From: a virus
Strand: one strand, 5' to 3'
Virus record (IMG/VR): IMGVR_UViG_3300037261_000012
Span: 1 to 64,000 of that record
DNA: 64,000 nt
The notes under the pieces were generated by a model. It had not been told where the DNA came from, did not search any database, and saw nothing but the letters and a program-made list of their open reading frames with translations. Made by a program: the position numbers and the translations under genes. Positions 30,501-39,417 of this stretch are shown here, piece by piece (the stretch's first letter is position 1; every line of letters begins with the position of its first letter).

Positions 30501-31075
30501 GCAAGATCGGAGTACAGCAAGAATCTTCAGATCAGGCATTTGGGCAAGACCCAATGACCTTCCCTGTAAAATACATGAGTCCTACTGCTGTGCTTCCGTA
30601 CTTCAGAAATGCCAAGAAGCATGACCGCCGCCAAATAACCTTGCTGGCAAAAGCCATACGTACAAGTGGATTTGACCAACCAATCGTAGTGGACAAAGAC
30701 CTTGTAATTATCAAAGGACATGCTCGCCGCCTTGCAGCATTAGAACTAAAGATGGATTTAGTACCGGTGGTAGTACGTGATGACCTGTCCCCAGAGGAGT
30801 GCGTGGCCAGCCGCATAGCTGATAATCAAGTAGCTACCATGACTAGTGTGGATAAAGCCATGGAGCAGCAGGAGATTCTGGATTACGTTGGTGCAGGAGG
30901 GCATGATGCGGCGATATTTTTCGATTTCATGGACACAAGTAATTCTTATGGAAAGCAAGCTAAAGTTCTTCCAGGGGCTGCTACACCTGCTCCAGCCCCA
31001 AAACCTAATCCTGTTGCTGGGAACTTAGAAACTTGTCCTAAGTGCGGCCATACATTCATGGAAATACCTAAATAA
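30497..31075 (+). CDS. ParB/Srx N-terminal domain protein
   Basis: PYFRNAKKH, GFDQPIVVD, IIKGHARRLAA, RIADN; C-terminal CPKCGH. Confidence 0.88.
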   Translation: MSKIGVQQESSDQAFGQDPMTFPVKYMSPTAVLPYFRNAKKHDRRQITLLAKAIRTSGFDQPIVVDKDLVIIKGHARRLAALELKMDLVPVVVRDDLSPEECVASRIADNQVATMTSVDKAMEQQEILDYVGAGGHDAAIFFDFMDTSNSYGKQAKVLPGAATPAPAPKPNPVAGNLETCPKCGHTFMEIPK

Positions 31076-31290
31076 TGGATTCAGTGTACCTTGCTGGTAG
31101 GACGTTGAAGGTGCTCATGCATGATGCGTGGGTGCCAACTTTATGGACTCATCTGTGGAGTGGAGATCGTTTCCGCATGTATGAGGGTGATAAGTTAATA
31201 GCCAGTGGGGTGGCAGAAAGCAATGCAACTGATTGCAAGCCAGCAGGAAATATGAGTTTCATAGCCACACTTGATAAGGTGCCAATTTGA
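31075..31290 (+). CDS. Hypothetical protein
   Basis: Translationally coupled ORF. Confidence 0.5.
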   Translation: MDSVYLAGRTLKVLMHDAWVPTLWTHLWSGDRFRMYEGDKLIASGVAESNATDCKPAGNMSFIATLDKVPI

Positions 31291-31748
31291 ACATACTGAT
31301 GAAAGACCCGCTGACGTTGATTCCTTTTCCAGCCAACAGCAAGGCACACACGGAAGAACAAATAACGGCGCTTGCTGAGACCATTAAGCACTTCAAGTTC
31401 GACCAGCCGGTAGTGGTGGATCAAAATCTCGTTATTATTAAGGGGCATGGGCGCACGCTTGCGGCGATAAAGCTTGGCATGAAATTCATCCCGGTGATAG
31501 TCAGCAACGTATCTGACGCGGAGGCCCGTCTTAATAGGGTCTTGGATAACCACCTGGTAAGCCAGGAGTACGATCCTCATAGCTTGCGAGAAGACTTGCT
31601 GGATTTGAAATCTACCGGGCACTTGTCCTTGAGCCTGTTTGACGAGAAGATGATACCTGAGGTGTATACAGCGGTAAGTCGGGTGGAAGCCACGTTATTC
31701 AGCTTGGTGACCAAACATAAGTGCTCCCAATGTACCTATAAATGGTGA
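31287..31748 (+). CDS. ParB/Srx N-terminal domain protein (paralogue of 30497)
   Basis: PFPANSKAH, FDQPVVVD, IIKGHGRTLAA, RVLDN; C-terminal CSQC. Confidence 0.88.
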   Translation: MNILMKDPLTLIPFPANSKAHTEEQITALAETIKHFKFDQPVVVDQNLVIIKGHGRTLAAIKLGMKFIPVIVSNVSDAEARLNRVLDNHLVSQEYDPHSLREDLLDLKSTGHLSLSLFDEKMIPEVYTAVSRVEATLFSLVTKHKCSQCTYKW

Positions 31749-32605
31749 TTAAAATTCCTATTTGGGGAACATTTTCAGTTGAAGGCTCGCGCAAGGATAG
31801 GATTATGAGCACATTAATTTCGGTTGACACTGTGATCAGGAAGAACACTGGGTTTGACACCTGCCTGGGCATAAGTGAGTGCAATCAATTGCAGGAACCA
31901 GAGTTGCTGGTGATCGAACCATTCTTCACTAACTTCAAGGCCGCCAACAACGATCAACTAGGGGCTATATTCAAGGTAGCTGCTGAATGTGCGGTTGCCG
32001 GAAAACCTATGCCGCGCACTATTGTTGTAAATATAAGCTACAGTAAGATAAATGCAGTAACTATCAAAGGATACCTGCTGGATGTAGTGGAGCATTTTAA
32101 GGGTATGGGCTACAAGAACTTTACAAGCGTACATATCCCGTTTGAATCCTATGGCTGCCCGATGGTTGGTTCGGTGTTGAGCCTTATTTTTTGTAAAGAT
32201 CGTATTGCATACCTGCCAGTGGCAAGGACTGTACTACCAGGAGCGGCCTTTGAAGGACTGCTTTATCACGCTATGGCAGGAAGAATGAGGGGGAGCGTCT
32301 ATGCCGGAGCCGCCGACGTAAGCGGGTTCCTCAACAGTAACAGGTCATTCCTACCTGATCTAAGTGTCTGGGCAGAGGAGGGTTTGCGCGCCGAATATCG
32401 TAAGGACAACAGTAGTGTAAGTACTGTCTTTAAGGATGAGCATGTACATGAGCTATTTGGAGTAAGCTCGTACATGCACCCACTTGATTTGCACTTGTGT
32501 ACACCGCCGGTTATTCTTGCTACTTTTCTGAACAACTTAAAGCAATTGAATGACCTTACAGACACCATGAAAAAGGATGCTGCGGAAACAAATAGTCAAA
32601 AATAG
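31742..32605 (+). CDS. Hypothetical protein, possibly a degenerate C5 DNA methyltransferase fold
   Basis: F..MGY...SYGCPM weakly recalls C5-MTase motif VIII; no PC catalytic motif seen. Confidence 0.4.
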   Translation: MVIKIPIWGTFSVEGSRKDRIMSTLISVDTVIRKNTGFDTCLGISECNQLQEPELLVIEPFFTNFKAANNDQLGAIFKVAAECAVAGKPMPRTIVVNISYSKINAVTIKGYLLDVVEHFKGMGYKNFTSVHIPFESYGCPMVGSVLSLIFCKDRIAYLPVARTVLPGAAFEGLLYHAMAGRMRGSVYAGAADVSGFLNSNRSFLPDLSVWAEEGLRAEYRKDNSSVSTVFKDEHVHELFGVSSYMHPLDLHLCTPPVILATFLNNLKQLNDLTDTMKKDAAETNSQK

Positions 32606-32676
32606 TTCAGAAAGTGCTTGACAGACTGGCCTGATTGTGGGAAACTTCAATCATACCGAACGCAATGGAGTGCGAG

Positions 32677-32811
32677 ATGAAAGCAGAATACGAAGATTAC
32701 CTGCTGGAGATTCAAGGCCAAGAGCCTATGAGTTTTCAAGAGTATTGCCGCTGGGTGGTGATGTCAGTGGAATTCGAAATCCGATCCAAACTTGCAAGGA
32801 GTGCAAAATGA
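32677..32811 (+). CDS. Small early protein (44 aa)
   Basis: After promoter 32618 and GGAG RBS; MKAEYEDYLLEIQ... Confidence 0.5.
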   Translation: MKAEYEDYLLEIQGQEPMSFQEYCRWVVMSVEFEIRSKLARSAK

Positions 32812-33080
32812 GCTTCAATGTTGTAATCCAGTTTAGCAAGCTAAGTCAGGAGGATAAAGAGACCTGCCGCGCAATGTTGGCTGGTGCCGTTCGTCACTAC
32901 GCTGACACCCATTATGAAAAGGGTTGGGACATCGTGGTGGAGTGCTTTAGCGATCAGGACATCATCGCCGTAATCGGTGGTGCTCAGACAGTCAACGGTG
33001 CCCTTCGCAAGATGTACCAAGATCAGATCAAACCCCACAACGAAGCACGGCTCAGGCACGAAGCAGCCGCAGGAGTCTGA
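32808..33080 (+). CDS. Hypothetical early protein
   Basis: AAGGAG RBS; HYEKGWDIVVEC. Confidence 0.65.
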   Translation: MSFNVVIQFSKLSQEDKETCRAMLAGAVRHYADTHYEKGWDIVVECFSDQDIIAVIGGAQTVNGALRKMYQDQIKPHNEARLRHEAAAGV

Positions 33081-33081
33081 G

Positions 33082-33348
33082 ATGATCAACACTGAAAAGC
33101 CTCTGATGAACGCGGAATTCATACAAGCTGTTTCACACGCCATCCACTCCGTATGGGGAGACATTGCACAAGATGCTTGGGAGTTGGGTGAAATGAATAA
33201 TGCTGGTGCATTGGAGTTGGTGTTAGATGCAGACAGGTTGCAAACTGGTGGGTACAAAGAAGCTGCTGACCTGCTGGAGGCAGCATACAAAGCCTGGACG
33301 TACAAGACAGTGGCCAGGTACCTCAACCGTCAAATCAAGCTGGTGTGA
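33082..33348 (+). CDS. Hypothetical early protein
   Basis: AGGAG RBS. Confidence 0.6.
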   Translation: MINTEKPLMNAEFIQAVSHAIHSVWGDIAQDAWELGEMNNAGALELVLDADRLQTGGYKEAADLLEAAYKAWTYKTVARYLNRQIKLV

Positions 33349-33530
33349 TGAAACCTAAATTCTACTGGGTAAAGTTTGATGATGAGCTTACCTGGGCGGT
33401 TAAAGATGAAGAAGATAGTGTTTATCCATACCAAGTCATAGGCAGTGATGAAATCTTTGCTGAGCAAGAGATTGAAGTTCTTGCTGGTCCATTCACAGAA
33501 GAAGAAATAGCTAATTTAGTGAAGAAATAG
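33345..33530 (+). CDS. Small acidic protein (paralogue of the broken gene at 56620)
   Basis: FYWV...VIGSDE...EVLAGPF shared with 56620-56834. Confidence 0.6.
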   Translation: MMKPKFYWVKFDDELTWAVKDEEDSVYPYQVIGSDEIFAEQEIEVLAGPFTEEEIANLVKK

Positions 33531-33628
33531 TGATAAATTTAGCAAATTTAGTGCTGCAAGTACTTGACAGACTGTGCGTATTGTGGGATACTCCAATCAT
33601 ACCGAATCACATGACAAGGAGTGTCAAA

Positions 33629-33793
33629 ATGTGCCAAACAACCAAAGCCCCGCTGAAGCCCTACATAGCTATAGTGTATGGGACTGTCCGGGGCATCCCC
33701 TTCGTGCGGTACGCCAAGACCCTGCAATCAATTGCCAGGATCGAGCGTACCTGCCGGTCAGTTGAAATCTTTCCAATGAGAAAGGCGGCGTGA
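33629..33793 (+). CDS. Small early protein
   Basis: CAAGGAGTGTCAAAATG start after promoter 33564. Confidence 0.55.
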   Translation: MCQTTKAPLKPYIAIVYGTVRGIPFVRYAKTLQSIARIERTCRSVEIFPMRKAA

Positions 33794-34059
33794 TGGCACT
33801 AAATACATTCAAGAGTTATGAAGATACCGCAGCGTCGGTGCGACTATATGGAGACAAGCAAGCTGGTGTTGCTCCAACCATTAAAATGCGTACGGGGTGG
33901 AGTAAAACTCTTGCTGTGATGACTGAGCAGGAGATGGCGGATTACCTGCGGTTGAAGAAAATCTGGTCAGTCAACGGAGCGATCAAGCACTTCGAAAGCC
34001 AGGTGTCCCAACGGGCTGTCGGTAGTACCCCTGTCATTAAGCCATACAAGGTGGCGTAA
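33790..34059 (+). CDS. Hypothetical protein
   Basis: Coupled ORF. Confidence 0.55.
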   Translation: MMALNTFKSYEDTAASVRLYGDKQAGVAPTIKMRTGWSKTLAVMTEQEMADYLRLKKIWSVNGAIKHFESQVSQRAVGSTPVIKPYKVA

Positions 34060-34247
34060 TGGACAACATTCTGAAAGTAAAGCTAACTGCCATTGGAGCT
34101 AACCAATGGAATGCATATTGGGAAGCCAAGTACGCTGGTGGTGAGCCTCACTGGAATTCAGTAACAGAAGGGTATGAGGTGACTGCCAAGGAAAGCGTGC
34201 TTCTCAAAATCCTGGACACTCTGCAAGAAACCACGGTGCAACTATGA
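34059..34247 (+). CDS. Hypothetical protein
   Basis: Coupled ORF. Confidence 0.5.
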   Translation: MDNILKVKLTAIGANQWNAYWEAKYAGGEPHWNSVTEGYEVTAKESVLLKILDTLQETTVQL

Positions 34248-34654
34248 AAGTAGGATTCACAGGGACACAGCATGGTATGACTGGAGAGCAGGCACTATTG
34301 TTGAATCAGTTGCTCCATCAGCTAAAGCCAACAGAATTCCATCATGGGTGTTGTGTAGGTGCTGATGAAGTAGCCAACAGGATGGCCAACGCCTTTGACA
34401 TACCTACCGTGGCTCATCCTCCGCTGAATGAGATCAAGATGGCCTTGAACTTGATTAACGTCACTACCCTGCCGCCGAAGGAATACCTAGAGCGCAACAT
34501 GGACATCGTTGATGCAACTGATTGCCTGATAGCCACACCCTGGACTACTCAAGAGGTACTGAGGTCAGGAACCTGGGCTACTGTCCGGTATGCCAGGCGC
34601 AAAGGCCGCACAATATACCTGTTATTTCCTCACGGTGAGGTACGAAAGGAGTAA
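34244..34654 (+). CDS. SLOG (DprA/YspA-like) nucleotide-binding protein
   Basis: VGFTGT, HHGCCVGAD, RN..IVD, RSGTWATVRYA. Confidence 0.75.
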   Translation: MKVGFTGTQHGMTGEQALLLNQLLHQLKPTEFHHGCCVGADEVANRMANAFDIPTVAHPPLNEIKMALNLINVTTLPPKEYLERNMDIVDATDCLIATPWTTQEVLRSGTWATVRYARRKGRTIYLLFPHGEVRKE

Positions 34655-34656
34655 CC

Positions 34657-35199
34657 ATGGAAGCACCTGAGTTTGTAGAATTTGCAAAGATTGCACGCCT
34701 TAGTCGCTTATGTGTAGTGACTGAGAAAATTGATGGCACCAATGCGAGTATCTTCATCGGAGAGGACGGTGGATTCCTGACAGGTAGCCGCACGCGCTGG
34801 ATCACGCCCGAGGACGACAACTTTGGCTTCTCAAGATGGGCACATGAACATAAAGAAGAACTGCTTACCCTTGGGCCTGGGCACCATTTTGGTGAGTGGT
34901 GGGGGCAAGGAATACAGAGAAAGTATGATTTGAAAGAAAAAAGATGGAGTCTGTTTAACACTAGCAAGTGGACTGATCCTGCGGTTCGTCCGGCTTGTTG
35001 CCATGTTGCCCCTGTACTAGCCTCTGGGTTGTTCTCTGCTTTTGATTGGAACGACTTGTTGGAAGGATTAAAGATAAATGGGAGTCTTGCGGCTCCTGGT
35101 TTTATGAAGCCAGAGGGTATTGTTATCTGGCATGAACATGCTAGAACGTACTTCAAGAAGACTATTGAGAAAGATCAAGAGGGCAAATCATGGAAGTAA
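34657..35199 (+). CDS. RNA ligase (Rnl2-like nucleotidyltransferase)
   Basis: TEKIDGTN, GSR, FGEWWG.GIQ, PEGIV, K. Confidence 0.85.
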   Translation: MEAPEFVEFAKIARLSRLCVVTEKIDGTNASIFIGEDGGFLTGSRTRWITPEDDNFGFSRWAHEHKEELLTLGPGHHFGEWWGQGIQRKYDLKEKRWSLFNTSKWTDPAVRPACCHVAPVLASGLFSAFDWNDLLEGLKINGSLAAPGFMKPEGIVIWHEHARTYFKKTIEKDQEGKSWK

Positions 35200-35474
35200 A
35201 TAAACAAGGGCATATGATTGTCCTGGTGAATTCAGACAGTGGCGACAAACAGTATAGAGTGGACTTGACTGCCCAAAAATGTAGTTGCCCTGGGTGGATA
35301 TTCAGTAAAAATTATCCGCGAAATTGCAAGCACCTTCGTAGACTGGGTTATAGTGATGAAGTGCTTCTTGAGCAACAAGAAGCCGCAGGTAAATACCCAA
35401 ATCAAATAATCAACAAGCCGGAAGCCCAGCATTACACAAAGGAAGAACTGAAGGAGATTGCTGAAAAGCTATAA
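35190..35474 (+). CDS. SWIM zinc-finger protein
   Basis: CSCPGW...CKH. Confidence 0.75.
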   Translation: MEVNKQGHMIVLVNSDSGDKQYRVDLTAQKCSCPGWIFSKNYPRNCKHLRRLGYSDEVLLEQQEAAGKYPNQIINKPEAQHYTKEELKEIAEKL

Positions 35475-36027
35475 GGAGGATTATAATGGTGTATGGACGA
35501 ACTCCTACGCCAGTTAGATGTGAAAGCCAGGTTGTATGGAGACCTTAGCTTGGAGGCTCGCGCCGCCCTAAGAGTAAGAGAATTAGAAAGCCAAGTAAGT
35601 AACCTTCTGGCCAGCAAGAACATGCGCAAGATAGACATGGCGGTTTTCAAACGTAAGTAACTGCAATCAATTGCAGTCCAAGGAGTAACATGCAACGCAT
35701 TGAGTTGATAGATATAGTGCTATACACGGATATAGCATTATGTATTCTTATCTTAATTTCTTCAATTATTCAATGATGCTGTACTACCCTTGTATTACCC
35801 ATGTGTTTACAGGCAAAATCCAGCAGAAGGTTGGTGAGGCCATGACTCTTGCGGAGGCAACTCTCTTTCTTGTGAAACATTATCACTGTAAGTGGGTTAA
35901 TTGTGAAGCTATTCCACAACCAGTAAATCATGAATATTTTCAGAAATAGTTCAGAAAGTGCTTGACAGACTGCGCCGATTGCGGTAAATTGTAGTCATAG
36001 ATCGCAAATACGACAAGGAGTGTCAAA

Positions 36028-36219
36028 ATGTGTGAGTATACCGAATATGCTGACAACGAAGTAAAGGAAATGCGGGAAGATGACTTTACTGCCGATAGCT
36101 TCACCAACCAGGATGAGGTGGACTTTCTGCAAGGAAAGAAAGTCCAGGTAGACTGCCACCAGACCATGGAACCATCAGAGGAATATGAAACTCTGATGAA
36201 AGATTTGGAGTTCGCATGA
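36028..36219 (+). CDS. Small highly acidic early protein
   Basis: First gene after promoter 35962; D/E-rich. Confidence 0.6.
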   Translation: MCEYTEYADNEVKEMREDDFTADSFTNQDEVDFLQGKKVQVDCHQTMEPSEEYETLMKDLEFA

Positions 36220-36419
36220 GCAAGCTCTCTGATCGTGCAGTTACTGCGATTGAGGCTGCCTTGGATCAATCCAAATACAGGTTCATACGGGAGGAAACAG
36301 CCGCTGTGGTGCTGGATGAGGCTACCGGAATCCATGTGGATTTCAACGAATTCCCAGGCATTATACAATCCTTGGGGTTCCGCTGCACGGATGGTTACGT
36401 GTGGGAAGACCCAGCATGA
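36216..36419 (+). CDS. Hypothetical protein
   Basis: Coupled ORF. Confidence 0.55.
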   Translation: MSKLSDRAVTAIEAALDQSKYRFIREETAAVVLDEATGIHVDFNEFPGIIQSLGFRCTDGYVWEDPA

Positions 36420-36899
36420 GCTTCAGGGTGTGGGTGGTGTTCATGCCTGGTGTGCCCACCTTCAAAGGGGTAGGTTCGTGGAGGGTGATTTGCTGCCTTA
36501 AAGCCAAACCTGCAAGCCCTTACGCATGTGATGGAATACTGATAAGCTGTGGTGAACTGAGCTTTACTAGCAATAGTCCAGTAAAGCCAGGGCAGTGGTG
36601 CAACCCAGCCAAACTGGCCTTGGAATACCAAAGGACAAAACATGATTAGCTGGTGGCAACATCTGAGTTTCTCTCAAGCTGGATCACTGTTGATAATCCT
36701 GATCTTGGTTATTCTTACCGCCAGGTATGGCTGGAAGAAGGGTGGGGATGATTAAGCATCACGCAACTAGGGAACAAGTAGGCAACCTATTCATGGTGTT
36801 TGCCAAGCTCGTTGAAACGAAACATGAGGGGTATGCTTGTTCTTGTTGGAGTATGCCTGACTGGCTAATAACTATGTACTACACAGCAAAGGAACCAGA

Positions 36900-37724
36900 A
36901 TGGACAAGAATGACGAGCTGGCGCTGAAGATTTACATTGAAATGAATTGCGACGGTACTATACCGTGGGAGCCAGATGGTGTTTATTGGTATCAAGAATT
37001 CGCCAGCCGCCTTCGCGCAGCGTGGCAGGGGGAGCCTCTGTTTGTTATCTTTGACGGGCCACCTAGCCATGAATCAGGACGTTTCATTGAAGTTGAAACG
37101 GAAGACGGTAAATCACGCAATGTTGGGCATTGGGAACTGTATCCGGGCCAGCCTGGATTATGGCGTCTTGGCCCACTCTACGCCGCCCCAACGGGCAACG
37201 AGTCCGCAACTCCGAAGGTGCCTGAACCCGCGAGGGAAGGGCCGGAGAGCTTCGCTCCGACGAATTCACCTTTGGATGCTGCGGCCACGCCGAGCCAGCC
37301 TGTTCTCGATAATCCTTGGCCGCTTGATATTGACGGTGAGCGATATACTCCTGCGCCCGAGACTGCGGCTACGGATGACTATGAAGATATTGCGAGGTTG
37401 ATGGAACGCCGAAACTGCGCGATCTGGGCGAAGATGCTGCGCGAATTGGTATCTGTTCTTGCAGCAGCAGCCAAGGAGATAGCCGAACTCCGCGCCGCGA
37501 CTCCTGCGGCAGCGAAACTGGAGGAGTGGTCTAGGCAAGTTCGCATCACAATTCGCGGCATTGATGGCCAAGCTGAAATGTTAGTTGGGCCGCCGCCGCT
37601 TTCAAACTGGAAAGCGGAAGAAATCGTTGTTGGGTACAAACTCAATACAGGGCTATGGCATCGGCTGCTTGGATTGCTCGCGTGCTGTCCGGTAAGCGAA
37701 GGTGCCGACACCTGGCGCATGTAA
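36900..37724 (+). CDS. GC-rich mosaic hypothetical protein (probably recently acquired)
   Basis: Visibly higher GC/CpG content than the flanks; FDGPPSHESGRFIEVE module. Confidence 0.6.
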   Translation: MDKNDELALKIYIEMNCDGTIPWEPDGVYWYQEFASRLRAAWQGEPLFVIFDGPPSHESGRFIEVETEDGKSRNVGHWELYPGQPGLWRLGPLYAAPTGNESATPKVPEPAREGPESFAPTNSPLDAAATPSQPVLDNPWPLDIDGERYTPAPETAATDDYEDIARLMERRNCAIWAKMLRELVSVLAAAAKEIAELRAATPAAAKLEEWSRQVRITIRGIDGQAEMLVGPPPLSNWKAEEIVVGYKLNTGLWHRLLGLLACCPVSEGADTWRM

Positions 37725-37860
37725 AACGTTAACCACAACTTAAGCGCCATAAACGGCAACCATCACATGCGGATTAGGTTACGCCCTTAGGCTCTTATGG
37801 CCTTTTAATTTGTACGGTAGATTGTAGGAGAGTAATCTGTATTCTCACCTGGAGAATACC

Positions 37861-38049
37861 ATGGATGTCTTAATGCTTATATTTGCAATGAGTTTTTTTG
37901 GGGAATCAGCAATGATGGCCGTTCAGTTTCCAACCATGGAAAAGTGTGAAGCAGCCATAGGGGGAGTACTACAAGGGTTTGCTGATGACAACAATGCTAA
38001 ACTTTTTCAAGCAGTATGTGTGAAACCAATTGCTGGGAAAGCAGCGTAA
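37861..38049 (+). CDS. Small hypothetical protein
   Basis: GGAG RBS; FPTMEKCEAA...AVCV. Confidence 0.55.
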   Translation: MDVLMLIFAMSFFGESAMMAVQFPTMEKCEAAIGGVLQGFADDNNAKLFQAVCVKPIAGKAA

Positions 38050-38184
38050 GCCCAGAGAAATGGTGGGTTGGTGTTAGGAAAGAACATAATGAGTTCTGGA
38101 GTTTTATTTGCCGAAAGTCCTTGACAGACTCGCCAAATTGTGGGAAACTTGGCAATCAATTGCAGTCAAGCAAAGGAGTGCAGT

Positions 38185-38387
38185 ATGTTGACATATGGAC
38201 ATCCAAACTCTAAGATCAGTTTACCTGCTTTGCCTGAGGTCAGGCTTGGTATTTCCCACTGACTACCAACAAGGTAGAGGCAGAGATTCATATACAAGAA
38301 ACTGGGGAAGAAATCGCTGTAGGCTCTGGAGACACAGTAGCAGAAGCCATGGCCGAATGCTTGAAGATGTTGGAGCAGCCAGCGTGA
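38185..38387 (+). pseudogene. Small gene with a 1-nt deletion at about 38253 (ATTTCCC)
   Basis: RBS-ATG frame MLTYGH...RLGI continues in the -1 frame as PLTTNKVEAE...MLEQPA*. Confidence 0.45.
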
Positions 38388-38617
38388 AACAGCTTGAAAT
38401 CAGCGACCAACCTGATGGTTTCCTACACTCGGTGTACCATGTGGAGAATGAGGAGGAGGTGCAGTTGCTGATGAAGCAAGCACGCTCCAATGGCCTTAGT
38501 GGGTTCCAGGTGTTTGACAAGATTGATATACCAGAAACTGATCCAGGTTGGCGCGAGACCCCAATATACCCGGCTTTGCTGGCTAAACACCGTGAAGAAG
38601 TACTGAGGAAACCATGA
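38384..38617 (+). CDS. Hypothetical protein
   Basis: GTG start overlapping the previous stop. Confidence 0.5.
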   Translation: MKQLEISDQPDGFLHSVYHVENEEEVQLLMKQARSNGLSGFQVFDKIDIPETDPGWRETPIYPALLAKHREEVLRKP

Positions 38618-38796
38618 GCATCACCATACCAGGGTCTGTTTATACAGGCCCGCACTCACCAGCAGAGACAGCCAGACCGTTGTCTCCCAAGCAACAAGAT
38701 GGTGTCGTAGAGTACGAAAGTTGGTTAAATTTATTGCAAATAATGACGAAATAGTTCAGAAAGTACTTGACAAACTGCGCCGATTGCGGTAAATTG

Positions 38797-39225
38797 GGGA
38801 ATTACATACTTAACTCCCTCTGACCAAGAGGGACAACTGGAGAACAACGATGAGCAAGCAACTGACGTTCGATGAGTTTCGCGCTGCCAACGTGGCGCGC
38901 TGCCTCAAGTGGAATCCACAAGGGATTGAATCGTGGTCGCCGTCCGACTGGCTTACAGCCGTTACTGGCGAGCTTGGCGAACTGGCCTCGCTGTTGAAGA
39001 TGCGCAACCGTGAACGAGACGGCCTTCCCGGTAACAAATTCAGCCCAACCGACAAGCAAGTAGCTGACGAGATAGCAGATGTGCTCACCTATCTCGACCT
39101 GCTGGCCGCTGCGCTGGGCGTTGACTTGGGTTTCGCTGCGGCACAGAAATTTAACGAGGTAAGTGAGCGTGTAGGGTTCCCCGACCGCATCGAAATGGCG
39201 TGAGGGAGTTATGTATATAAGTCCC
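38797..39225. mobile_element. Non-autonomous mobile insertion cassette (IS1595-family-like ends) carrying mazG
   Basis: 22-bp TIRs (19/22 match) GGGAATTACATACTTAACTCCC / GGGAGTTATGTATATAAGTCCC; 8-bp direct repeat GTAAATTG at 38789-38796 and 39226-39233; no transposase. Confidence 0.85.
38850..39203 (+). CDS. MazG-like NTP pyrophosphohydrolase (cassette passenger)
   Basis: GELGELA, DEIADVLTYL, KFNEVS. Confidence 0.85.
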   Translation: MSKQLTFDEFRAANVARCLKWNPQGIESWSPSDWLTAVTGELGELASLLKMRNRERDGLPGNKFSPTDKQVADEIADVLTYLDLLAAALGVDLGFAAAQKFNEVSERVGFPDRIEMA

Positions 39226-39257
39226 GTAAATTGTAGTCATAACGGAGAAACCAGGTG

Positions 39258-39314
39258 TATTCGCCTACCAATTTAGGCATTAACGGACTTAACGCCTAAT
39301 TTGGTAGGCGAATA
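39258..39314. repeat. 57-bp near-perfect inverted repeat
   Basis: 26-bp arms, 24/26 complementary, 5-nt spacer CGGAC. Confidence 0.85.
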
Positions 39315-39417
39315 ATGATGAAATAGTTCAGAAAGTACTTGACAGATTCACTGGATTGTGGGAAACTCTAGTCATAGGTTGAAGATCAGAAGTTAAACCC
39401 AGACAAGGAGTGTCAAA

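Noticed and set aside
37729-37743. CtrA box TTAA-N7-TTAA
   Set aside because: A single 8-base match; a few are expected by chance in 64 kb.
39258-39314. Protelomerase (telRL) site
   Set aside because: It has a 5-nt non-palindromic centre and no protelomerase gene is visible in the window; kept only as an unexplained inverted repeat.
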